From Schmidtea polychroa (Eukaryota): 64,000 bases of DNA. Below the pieces are notes generated by a model. That model was not told the origin of the DNA, did no database searches, and saw only the letters and a list, made by a program, of their open reading frames with translations. Location: contig CM097886.1 of NCBI GenBank assembly GCA_044892525.1, forward strand, positions 45,012,001-45,076,000, in the 5' to 3' direction. Position numbers and translations under genes: made by a program. Below, piece after piece: positions 53,850-64,000 of this stretch. The number at the start of each line of letters is the position of its first letter. Position 1 is the stretch's first letter.

Positions 53850-54803
53850 TATGAATGTATATGGTTGAATGTATATGTCATCATTGAACACCAATAGTTC
53901 GTGGCGACCTCTGATTATGAAAAACTATAATTTTAGTGAATGTAGGTTCGTAGACCCGTTCTTTTGTGTATGAGAATGATTTTAGGTTGGAAACAAGGCT
54001 GGTCAACGTCGCGAGCTATATACGTCTACGACGACGTTGATCACTCTTGTTCAGCATAAATCATAATGAAATACAAAACAAAAAAAATAAATAAGAGGTT
54101 GACTCAATTATAATACATTTAATAAAACATGGGGCGATCATAAAAAAAATATATACCCATTTTTGCATGTGCAAGTACACGTGTATGTATTGATGCATTA
54201 AAACAAACTCGAATTCCTTTTATTCTATAATTTTCTATTTTTGATATTTTTAATGGCAATTTTTGTGCCATAATTTTTGTTTTTAAATTTTTATTCTCTA
54301 ATTATTTTTTTGCTAAATTTACCTCCATGATGGATTTGGAACGGTTCCAGAACATTCCATATTGATTTTAATTTTATTTTTATTTTAATGATGTTTTTCC
54401 TAATTTCTCTTTAAGAATTTTTATTTTTATAGCTAATTTACTTTATTTTGATTACTTTTATTGTTTTATATGGCTTTCATGATGCTTATCGCTATTCTTA
54501 TGAAATGTTCTGGGATTTTCTAGAATTTTTCAATGTTTTACCATCTTTCTAAGCTATTCGAGTCTGTTTTTTGTAATTTTGTGTTTCGTTGCTATTTTTG
54601 AGTTAGTTTCTTGCACTACTTGCGTTTGTATTATTTTATTTAATTTCTGTGTTTCTATTTTTTGTTGTTTTTCTCTTAATTAATATTGTTTATTTGGTAT
54701 ATTTTTCTATTTAATTGGACTTATTGCTATTTGCGTGCTATGTACCTACGCACCTTAGTCACAATTTAGAGTTTTGGGTCTAGAAATTATTTCTAGCCCA
54801 ACA
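53850..54803 (-). mobile_element. LTR lineage D, 5' part
   Basis: Starts TGTTGGGCTAG at 54803; followed on + by AAGT, matching the 4 nt before 24296. Confidence 0.8.
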
Positions 54804-55426
54804 AAGTTTATATTTTGCAAAATTTTGACAGAAGTATACTTTATTTCGATTTTTATTTAACTAGTTGAAATGTGATTTTGCTTGAATAATGATGACAACT
54901 AAAATAAACAATAGGGTTTAATATTGTTGGGGTTACACCTCGGCTGACTACTCTACCATATTGTTTGGTCTAAGGGTTGATTGTCCATCTCGAATAAAAT
55001 GTGCCGCCGCTTTGTCAACCTGGAGTGAAACCCTACATAACTTTCTTCCAGCATAGTGCCCGTGAATTACTTCACGTTGGTACTGCACTATGCCGGCGAG
55101 ACGCCAGCAAGCAGGTGAGCTTCTGCCTTAAAACTACTCCTTGCTGAGGCCTCGACTTCCCATTCCTGACTGCCGATAGAAGGGCTTACGTCCATTTCAT
55201 TACACCACCGGTTGCCAGAATTCTACGAGAATAAATCGGGGATTATTCGTTAACTCTCGAAGACGCTATATTCAACTTATTTAATTAAAATCTGACAGTT
55301 TATAAACGGAAGTAAGTAAACGACGAAATTTATTAGTATTCAATATTAATACACAAGGAGTTAATCGTACACATCACGAGTGTTCGTGGAGAAAAAGAAA
55401 TGTCACAATAAATGCGATACGACTTC

Positions 55427-56293
55427 CTAACGGACTTCATGAATCTCATGTTCCCATTCGGTGTCGGCGAGCAACTCGTCCAGATCAAAGAATTCGGAGG
55501 CATTTTCCTCCCATGTCACGCCAGCCGCCGAGATGATGCGCGCTGGGGCCCCTATTGTCAAGTCGATGGACACTCGAGAACTACCACCGCCAGTAGAGTC
55601 TTCTATTGATAGGAGGCTTGGCTTGGTGGACGCACGCTCACGCTGCCTCCGCTTTCGTTCCGCACGCGATAATTGTTTGCGCTTGGGTTTGCTCGTAGTT
55701 GTGGTGGTTTGAAGCGCAGTGGGTATAGAGATGTTAGCAGCTGAAGTCTTGCTAGTACCCGGGAGGACAACGTCCGGTCGCCCAGGTGAAAGTTCGGTTT
55801 CCACGCAGTCTCGACACGGTCTCTTGAACGGCGGAGATGGATCCGAGGAAGGGTTGTGATGAGGCGGAAAGATGTTATCGGCCTCTTCGATAGGAATCTG
55901 CACTATTTTCCGGGTTGTAGCCGCCTGCACGTAGACTTTGTGCAGTGCCTCTGACTGTTCTTTGATGAGACTTCTTTGGGCACGGCTCTCAGATATTAGC
56001 GCGTCCCGGCAATGCTCGCTACGATCGAGCTTCTTTTGGATCTCTTTCATCCGAGCGGGACTAAACCATGTCCCTTCTAGCTCATCTATCTTCTTTTTGT
56101 AACGTCCAATCTGGGTTTGCAGATCTTTGATGATGGCGTTTTTATCCGCACAAGAGAAGCACGGACGTAACGCAGGTTTGGTAGTTGGTATCATGCTCGC
56201 TATAAAGAATGAGGTTAAGACGTAATCTGTACATGGTTGAAGAAAATACGTGGAATACGAATAATCGACTGCCCGTGGATATTCAGCCATCAA
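55427..56293 (-). CDS. LTR-encoded protein (CxxC, coiled coil, basic NLS-like stretch, acidic/aromatic C-terminus); likely start MIPT at 56194
   Basis: 288-codon ORF inside the LTR; homolog in LTR-D; acceptor CTTAAC..TTCTTTATAG just upstream of that ATG. Confidence 0.65.
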   Translation of the reverse strand: MMAEYPRAVDYSYSTYFLQPCTDYVLTSFFIASMIPTTKPALRPCFSCADKNAIIKDLQTQIGRYKKKIDELEGTWFSPARMKEIQKKLDRSEHCRDALISESRAQRSLIKEQSEALHKVYVQAATTRKIVQIPIEEADNIFPPHHNPSSDPSPPFKRPCRDCVETELSPGRPDVVLPGTSKTSAANISIPTALQTTTTTSKPKRKQLSRAERKRRQRERASTKPSLLSIEDSTGGGSSRVSIDLTIGAPARIISAAGVTWEENASEFFDLDELLADTEWEHEIHEVR

Positions 56294-57889
56294 ACAACAA
56301 TGAATGTCCTTACTCGTCGATTTTGATTATGTACAAAATTACTTAATTCCCTTAAATGATACCAGTTTGACGGATAAAATTCTTTACCTAACTGAACTAT
56401 GCTGATTTGACGAATGCAATTCGATTAATACAGGTTCAGGGATACCTTTACTAATCCTAAAATTTCTCCTACCAATCGGAATTCCATTTATGATCAAAAA
56501 TTGCGCGACCTCGACGCTAACGACCTTCCCAACGCTCTTGCCCCCTTCACCCACTCATATGATATTATAGGTGGTGGTTTGAGGATCGATGATATTTAGT
56601 AAAATATTAGAATAATAATAATAATAATATAATGATGTTTAATGAAAACTTTGATACATTATTTATCGTGCTTTGTTGAAGATTCTTACGATTATTTAAA
56701 TGGGCTACTGAACGAAATTGTTAGTATTATCTGTAAGCCTAATTTAAATCATGCTAATTTTCTAAAACATAAATAATTTATAACTAATTTAAGAGTGCGA
56801 TTTGTGATCGTAATCAGGATTATAATTATCTGGTGATTATTCCATAATTAGTCTAGACCAAATCTTTATCCAGTAGTATGTGGGAAGCGATAGCTTGAAT
56901 ACAATAGTCTCAGACCAGTTGCTATCTAACATGTTTCTCCGTCATTATCTCGCAGAGAGGAAAAATTACTATCAGTATGACATATGGCCAAGTTTGTTGC
57001 TGATGATATTTATGCGAATGTTCTCCATGTCAGTGTGTGGTGTCATGCATTATGTGAACTCTCGTATGTTTGCCGTATCAATGTGAATTTGCGTGTGGTT
57101 GTTTATTACTTGAAATGAATTTTGGATTTTATCGCACTTGCTGCTAATTCCATCAACATCCCGCTACTCATATGTTATCCGATACTCATTGTGCGGTGGA
57201 TTATGTAGATTTCCTCATGCTACTGCTGATGTTTCTCAATATGAAGTTAAACTCAAAATTGAACTTTTAGTGGAATTCCTGACGATCAATAAGAAGGTAA
57301 TGAAGAAAACTACATTCGACCCCTCTCGGTACTACACTGAAAATTTGGATTTTACTCATTGGATTCGTGAATTTCGCAACTATGCCTTAGACATTGCCTG
57401 TTCGATCTCTGGGGAAGGTATGGCATTGAACTAGTTTTTTCTTTGTATAAAATAAATTTTGTTGAATTGAATTTAGAGATATTTCGTAATTCTGTAAATA
57501 TTTTTGGGAATTAATTAATTGTTGGGATTCGCTACCATATGTACTCTCGACCGATTTATCAAAATTAATTATGGGTGAAAAAATACGATAGACTACATTC
57601 ATGGAGTTCTGGCAGCTGAAAGTCACAGGATCTAATTTTCGTAAAATTATGCATTCAGGTGATGTAGGTTATGAAATGACACCAATTTTTAGACGAATTT
57701 ACTGACTAATTATATGACAATTTTCTGACAACTAAGATGTGATAAAGTTCAAGAAAACGAACCGATGAGCTAATAGCGTGACCCCCTCAATCACCGTGCG
57801 AATTGTCAAAAATGCATCCATTTATACATCTGTCTTTTCAATCACTGCCTAACTACGGTTTTCCTAGAGCAATCTTTTCATAGAATTTA

Positions 57890-58020
57890 GTCGCACCTTC
57901 AGCGATTGGACCCGTGAAGAAGCCTTCACATTTCGGCCCAATCTAGCTGCGTGATTGAAATACTCCATGTCCACCGGCTGAGCTCCCGAAGGCACCTCAT
58001 ACCATGACATGGAGTATCTC
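57890..58020 (-). ncRNA. Conserved structured RNA element, solo-LTR copy
   Basis: Perfect 12-bp stem ATACTCCATGTC/GACATGGAGTAT, CC-UUCG-GG loop, second hairpin GATTGGGCC..GTGAAG-GCTT-CTTCAC..GGTCCAATC. Confidence 0.6.
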
Positions 58021-58934
58021 AACTCCACGTTACTCGTTACTTTGAACAGCATAAAAATATACTTCATAAAAATAATCATAAGAATTGCCAAATCATATCG
58101 AATTAATGACTTTAGATTTTTAAACCAGTTAATTTATCAAATTTATTAATCGGGATCAAGTGAAAAGAAAAGATCAAATGTAACTTAAAATTTTAATTAT
58201 TTAATAAATATACATAGTTATTGTTACTTCAAAAAATTAAGAATAACAAATGAATACAATCTCTTACTGTCACGTTAGGCTGAATCGAAATATAAGGCTC
58301 GTCTTTTCTAAAATAGTCAACTGGTGTCGAAGCTGGTAGTCGGTTTTATGAGGTTCTCGAGTAGTTTCTCTGAATTTATTGAAGGTTTTCTGGTCCTAGA
58401 GTCAGTCCTGTAATGTTTTTAGAAATTAACACTCACGATACTTATGCTAAAATTTCTTTACCTGTAATGTTTTTTCAAATTAACACTGATTTTTATGATT
58501 TTGGCGTTGGTTTATATACTAATTTTTCATTTACGCGGACCAATCAAAATTGAGTACCGCTTATTTTATTAAATTAATTTGTTTTTTCCTATTTCTTTGG
58601 GTATTTTACTTATTTCCCTATTTTTATTATATCTTTTATTTATTTCCTAAATTCCTTATTATTTATTGCGTTTTCCGGTATCTTATTCATTATGTTATTA
58701 CTTTATTTTTTTAATTTTTTAATTTTTATTTTTTGTTTTAGTTTTTATATCTTATTTATGGTTTATTTTATGTCTTGATTTATTTATTCCTAAAATTGGT
58801 GGTCTTATTTTATTTTATTCGCCTCTTATCTATCTTATTTTTCGACGATCATTTTTTCCAATTCAGCCCAACAATATTATAATTAATTTTCATAATGATG
58901 AATAGTCGCCGAGTCCGTCTGCAATTCTCCCATA

Positions 58935-59700
58935 TGGTGGGTTACAGGTAGTCAAATATTTTACCCTTTCGTACTGTTTCCAGCGTGACCCAGAATACAA
59001 CCTTGTTTTACCAATTGTTACCCGATGAGTGATCATCGTTGGTAATGTATCAAGTGGGTGAGTGCTCGCAAAAAGCGAGCGCACAGTTCGCACTATAATT
59101 GTTGGGCACTCCACGTACTATCGATAGAAGATATACGTCCGATTTGTTCTGGTCCCTTGACTCTATTGTTTTCCCAAGTTCCATAATTCTTCCACTCAAA
59201 CTCATCAAACTAACATACATCACATATTCATGATTGATAATCGATAAAATAAAATCGTGAAATATGATAATGATGATGATAATAATAATAGTAATAATAA
59301 TCAAAATGATAATAATAATACTAAATAATTATTAATAATAATAAAAGCAATAAATAATCTTGAAATACTAATAATAATTCAATAATTAAAAATTTCTCAT
59401 TGCAAAGGCATCTCTATTCAAGATTATTTATATTATTTTTTTCCGTTTTCGCTTATTTTGGAGATGGTATTGGTGGTTTACAGGTAAGCATAGATTTTAC
59501 CTATTCGTGCTGTTTCCAGCGTAACCCAGAATACAATCGTGTGTTACCGCTTGATACCCGTTGAGTGATTAACATTGGTACTGTATCAAGTGGGTGAGTA
59601 CCCGCAAAAAGTGAGAATACCTTTGTATACTTTAATTGTCAAGTACTCGGGAGGGTCCACGGACTGCTGATAGAAGGCATATGTCCGATTATTGACTGGT
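58935..59700 (-). repeat. Two degenerate LTR-end relics of the D type (58935-~59150 and 59471-~59700)
   Basis: TGGTGG(G/T)TTACAGG..GCTGTTTCCAGCGTAACCCAGAATACA..GATAGAAG shared with 24296-24510. Confidence 0.75.
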
Positions 59701-60176
59701 ACCTATCCTACTTACCACTTTTCTCGATGATTTGGCTCTTGTTATTGTTCTTTCCATTAACTAAGGATCTAATGAACCTTATGACTAATATAGTCGTTGA
59801 CCATACCGGTGTACGACTGAATGTGTCCGCTCTTACCCATCGGTTTACTTATCGATTTTAGTCCATCAGCATATTGTTGATCGCCCATCCTGTCTCAAAC
59901 ATATTCACACCCCACATACTTACATATACACACAACCATTCATAGATGCATCAAATCATTATAAGCAAACTACACCTGTTCTGTATACGCTCTCACGATT
60001 TATTGTGTTCAAGGAAATCATCTTGCGTTTCATTGATTAAACTTTTCTATCTTTAGTTTCTTCCTAAAACTTTTCATATTTAGAATTTTAAATCATCTGA
60101 TCCCCTCCAAGCAGATGCCCAAACGAGTTAATTAAAATTTCACCAAGTTTATACACTAATTGACTCATCAGGAATT

Positions 60177-60464
60177 TTAAAAACAAATAAAAAGAAAAAA
60201 ATAATACAATGAGGTTTCGGTTTTTCTGCTGATCTGCTTGACGATCAGTAATTCGACCAGCACTTCTTGTCTTGAAGTAGACATTTGTACCAATTTAAAA
60301 TATTTATCGCATTCTTTACTGAATGTTTCAACATCATCTCCTCTATGACAATCGTTTGGAAATAGCTTCTTTATGAAGAATTCAAGAGACGTGGTCGACA
60401 TATTAGAAGTTGCTAACACATCTTGTAAATTATTTTTTAAATCCTGTTCAAAAGTTAACGTCAT
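60177..60464 (-). pseudogene. gag: Gypsy gag relic related to the nested element
   Basis: KLFPNDCHRGDDVETFSKECDKYFKL vs KMIPDVYDGRHEIETFIEECKRYFQL. Confidence 0.6.
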
Positions 60465-61230
60465 AATTCCAAGTATTTATTTAATGAAATATTGTATAAT
60501 TTTCAAACAAATTTTCAGCGTTGAATAAATCATTTCGATATTTTAAATATATTTACTTAAAAATTACTTAAAAGTTTGTTTAAAAAATATGCGATTTGGT
60601 ATACAACTAAAGTGGCCAGTAGAAGAGGTCGAGAAAACGCAGCAAGGATATTTAAGTATTGAAGCCAAATTGNNNNNNNNNNNNNNNNNNNNNNNNNNNN
60701 NNNNNNNNNNNNNNNNNNNNNNNNNNNNNNNNNNNNNNNNNNNNNNNNNNNNNNNNNNNNNNNNNNNNNNNNNNNNNNNNNNNNNNNNNNNNNNNNNNNN
60801 NNNNNNNNNNNNNTTATTGAAATTTTATTGCGACTTATGATACTTTAAAATATTTATAATGATTGGTGTCATGTGTTGCTACTTGAACTAAAATAGTTCA
60901 ATATATACTGATATTAACGATAACGTTGTTAATATCATATTCAAACTGAGTTTATTAAACATAAAATTGTTAATCTTAAAAGACAAAGAGAAATTTATTA
61001 ACCTTCGTACTAGTATAATAGAGTAGTTAAGGAATGTTTTGTATGACAATTCAAATTTCGTTAGAACTATTGAATATATTTTTATTAGCAAATAAACAAT
61101 GTAGAACTTCCAGAAAAAATAAAATACCACTAATTTATATAGAAAATCAAATTTTTAAAATATTAGAGGCCAATTTTTACAACATAGTTTATTCTGAAGA
61201 TATTATTAAAGTAAATATAATGAATGTTAA

Positions 61231-61876
61231 CCCCTTTACCGGTAGACCCGAGGATACACGTCAAGCTGAAACCGGCTGATAACCGGTAGACCCGAGTTAA
61301 CTCGTTTTATATATTTGAAAGCGTACTGCAGCACGGTAGACCCGAGTATACTCGGCTAAACGTAAATACGTCGTTCTAGGTCATTTAGAAACATCAAACC
61401 ATAATAACCATGAGGGCAAGAATGTATGGCAGGGCTTAACAAAATAAAAAATTATACAAAAAACATTTCCCATGAAATTTCAGAAAACGTTTCAAACCTC
61501 AATGTAGCTGTATTACGACATCGCTATAGGCTAAATCATCACAACAACTATTATTATGCTGTTCTAGTGTGTCAGATAAATAAAATTGAAGATTTTACAA
61601 AATAATTCTTACAAAAGGTTGGAGCAAAAGACACAAAAACTTACAAAACAATTGTTCATCTTATTCAGTACCTTGTTATCCACTACTCATTACTTTACAA
61701 CAATATTAAAAACTGCTTTATTTGTTATTAATTAGTTAACTGTTATTCGTTATTAGTTGTTCGTTATTGTTGATAAGGATGTTTGAAAAATAATTAAAAG
61801 ATTAATTTTTTTATAGCCGCAAATAAAGTCGCCAATTAAGGGTCGATTTCAGAAAAAAAAGTTGACGGTAAAGGGG
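61231..61876. mobile_element. piggyBac-like non-autonomous MITE
   Basis: TIRs CCCCTTTACCG / CGGTAAAGGGG flanked by TTAA on both sides. Confidence 0.85.
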
Positions 61877-62199
61877 TTAAGAGAATTATCATACAATATT
61901 ATGATAATAGATCAATTTTTTTCTAAATAACACAAATTTATATATAACTTTTATCCAATTTCACCACTAATTTTTACCCATTGAATTTATTAAAAAGAGC
62001 TTGAAGAGTATAAATCAGTAATATATCGATGTTTTTGATATTCACGAATTTTCACCACTGAGTTTTTTCCAGTGAAAATTCAACAAGTTCAATCGCACAA
62101 ATAATCAATATATGAACATATTTAGTATTACAATCCATTTGTTAAAAGGTTTAACAGAAAGTATTTAAATTAAACTTAAAATAAAAAAGTAATTATTAC

Positions 62200-63001
62200 C
62201 TGTTTGCAATTACTCAATTCGTCTCGATACTTCCGGATTGTCATGTGCATATCACCAAATAAATCTGGAGAAAAATCCCAATCGCAAACTGTTTTCTCTT
62301 CTTTCACCATAGATGAACATTTTACCCGTGACAACTTCTAATAAATTATTTATTATCTGAAAAACGAATAATGGATTTTCACTTCGGTTAATAAATCCAT
62401 CTGGGATTTCATAATAATTTCTTTGTCATTGTAATTAGCCAATTCTGCAGATTTCTCACCAAGTTCATTTTCTAATTGTCTTATCACAATTTCTGCTTCA
62501 TGATATTTTGATCTATATCGATCGTTTTCTGTTTTCAATCGGCTCAGCTAATGAAATAATTTTTTTAAATATTTGCAAAAAAAGTCAAGACTGATTTATA
62601 TTTAAATAAATATAATATTAAAGATTAAAAACATCTTTGGTCAATTTATCTGATTCCTGTGGAGTGGGAAGAACATTTATGTATTGATTAGCTACTCGAT
62701 AACGTTCTTCCAGTTTTCTAAGTTCTTCTTTCAAATTCTTATTTTCAGAAACTTGATCAGTAACCATAGCTTTGTATTTTCTCAACTACGGAAACTTTAG
62801 CTTGAAAATTAATAAATCTCACATACTTCTTCATCTAACCGATAATAATTTTTAATTATATCATCTTTTTCCTTTTTCAATTGATAAATAGAGTTTTTTA
62901 AATCATTATTTTCATAATAAAGCAACTAAAATAAAGTTAAATTTACAAATTTATTATTATTTACGTCTATTTGCTCAGAATTTGTAGACTTGTCTGAAGA
63001 T
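62200..63001 (-). CDS. Five internal exons of a host coiled-coil gene (weak resemblance to CEP85-like centrosomal proteins)
   Basis: GT..AG introns of ~40-90 nt joining in frame: LLYYENND..KLLS / LRKYKAM..LPTPQESDKLTKD / LSRLKTEN..DLLTE / KLSRVK..NCKQ. Confidence 0.75.
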
Positions 63002-64000
63002 CTATAAAAATAAATTGATAATATAATTAAAAAATATATATGGAAGAAAACTCAGAATTTTGAAGCTCTTGGTTAGGATAAATCATTACAATACGTTATA
63101 CTAATTTTTTTATAAAAATCAGTTTTATAAAGTTTAAAATTATAATTATTTTGAGTATATTGAAACAAAAGTGTATAATATTAATAACATTTAAAAAATG
63201 TTTTTACAGAAAATAAAAATAAAAATTTTAGAATACTTAATAGCTTTTGTGTTTTTTGTATTAATAATGAAAGAAATTTATCTATAGAAATCATTAACGC
63301 GTTTAGCGAAAACAGGGCTGTTCTTAATATGTAAATTAGAGTTTAAGAATGGTTGCATAGAGCATATGTGCAAAATTTTGCCTAAAAATCCACGAAGTTT
63401 TAACACTAAAAGTGACAGTATCTTTAGAATGAAACTTTCGACACGTATAGAGCAACAGACACCTGTTTTTGATAACAAGTTAAACGTTGTTTATCATAAA
63501 AATGAATTATTAGTCTAAATGAACAATGACAATTATAAATTATAATATAGTTCTATTTGAATACTAAAGTGTAAAAATATAAAATATAGTTATTAAAGTT
63601 TAAAGCCAAAGTTCTATTTTTTATAATCAATTCTTTTTTATTTGTTTTAGAATCCATGTCATCCCCTATGTGTATATTTGATTTTAAATTTTATAAGAAA
63701 ATAATTATTAATTTTTAAAAGCCATGCATGGAAGATCACATTGGTATGTGTTTAGCATGTGGATTTAATTGCGACGCCTACATTTACCATCTGCTGCATC
63801 TCAGAGTTATATTGAAGCCATTTGCCTAATGCTATAGTTATTAGAATTTTAATTCTAATTTAAATACTAATTGTTATGTCTACTAGTTATGTTTTTGATA
63901 CATTTTATTTATAATTATTCTAACTCGAGCTGGAAATGTCTTAACAACATTTATTTGGTATTTTATTTAATTTTTACTAGGTGGTTTAGTAAACTTTTTA

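Larger units (their letters stand above)
54925..58873 (-). mobile_element. Solo LTR (3,949 bp) of the copy B family
   Basis: TGTTGGG..CCCAACA termini; ATAT TSD (54921-54924, 58874-58877); both ends match the LTR pieces of copy B. Confidence 0.92.

Noticed and set aside
57138-57434. Gag-like antisense fragment in the solo LTR (FDPSRYY..DFTHWIREFRNY)
   Set aside because: Too short, with no homolog in the other LTRs.

Overview
AT-rich eukaryotic (invertebrate, possibly flatworm) genomic DNA with three N gaps. It is dominated by two copies of a giant Ty3/Gypsy LTR retroelement, reconstructed at ~29.7 kb with ~3.9-kb LTRs. Copy A (+, 1-~13.7 kb) is cut by the window start and has an intact pol. 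Copy B (-, 27249-53847) is decayed, lacks the integrase core and carries a very young nested 5.2-kb Gypsy. Combining the copies gives: LTR (with its own ORF, a mini-intron and a conserved structured RNA) - tRNA-Pro PBS - IAP-type RING ORF - one ~4,600-aa polyprotein (CA, 3 zinc knuckles, 3 ubiquitin-like domains, Bcl-2-like domain, signal peptide, chuvirus-like fusion glycoprotein, TM, protease, RT, RNase H, integrase, two ankyrin clusters, a second signal peptide/ectodomain/TM module) - five downstream cargo genes including a full-length intronless TRAF - a hairpin in place of a PPT - LTR. The env-inside-gag-pol layout and the cell-death/NF-kB-type cargo are the main discovery candidates. Also present: a 3,949-bp solo LTR (ATAT TSD), a second LTR lineage (AAGT TSD) that encloses copy B between 411-bp direct repeats, a third LTR relic, AAT/minisatellite repeats, a piggyBac-like MITE, a tektin relic and exons of a host coiled-coil gene. 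Domain calls are by motif recognition only; no searches were run.
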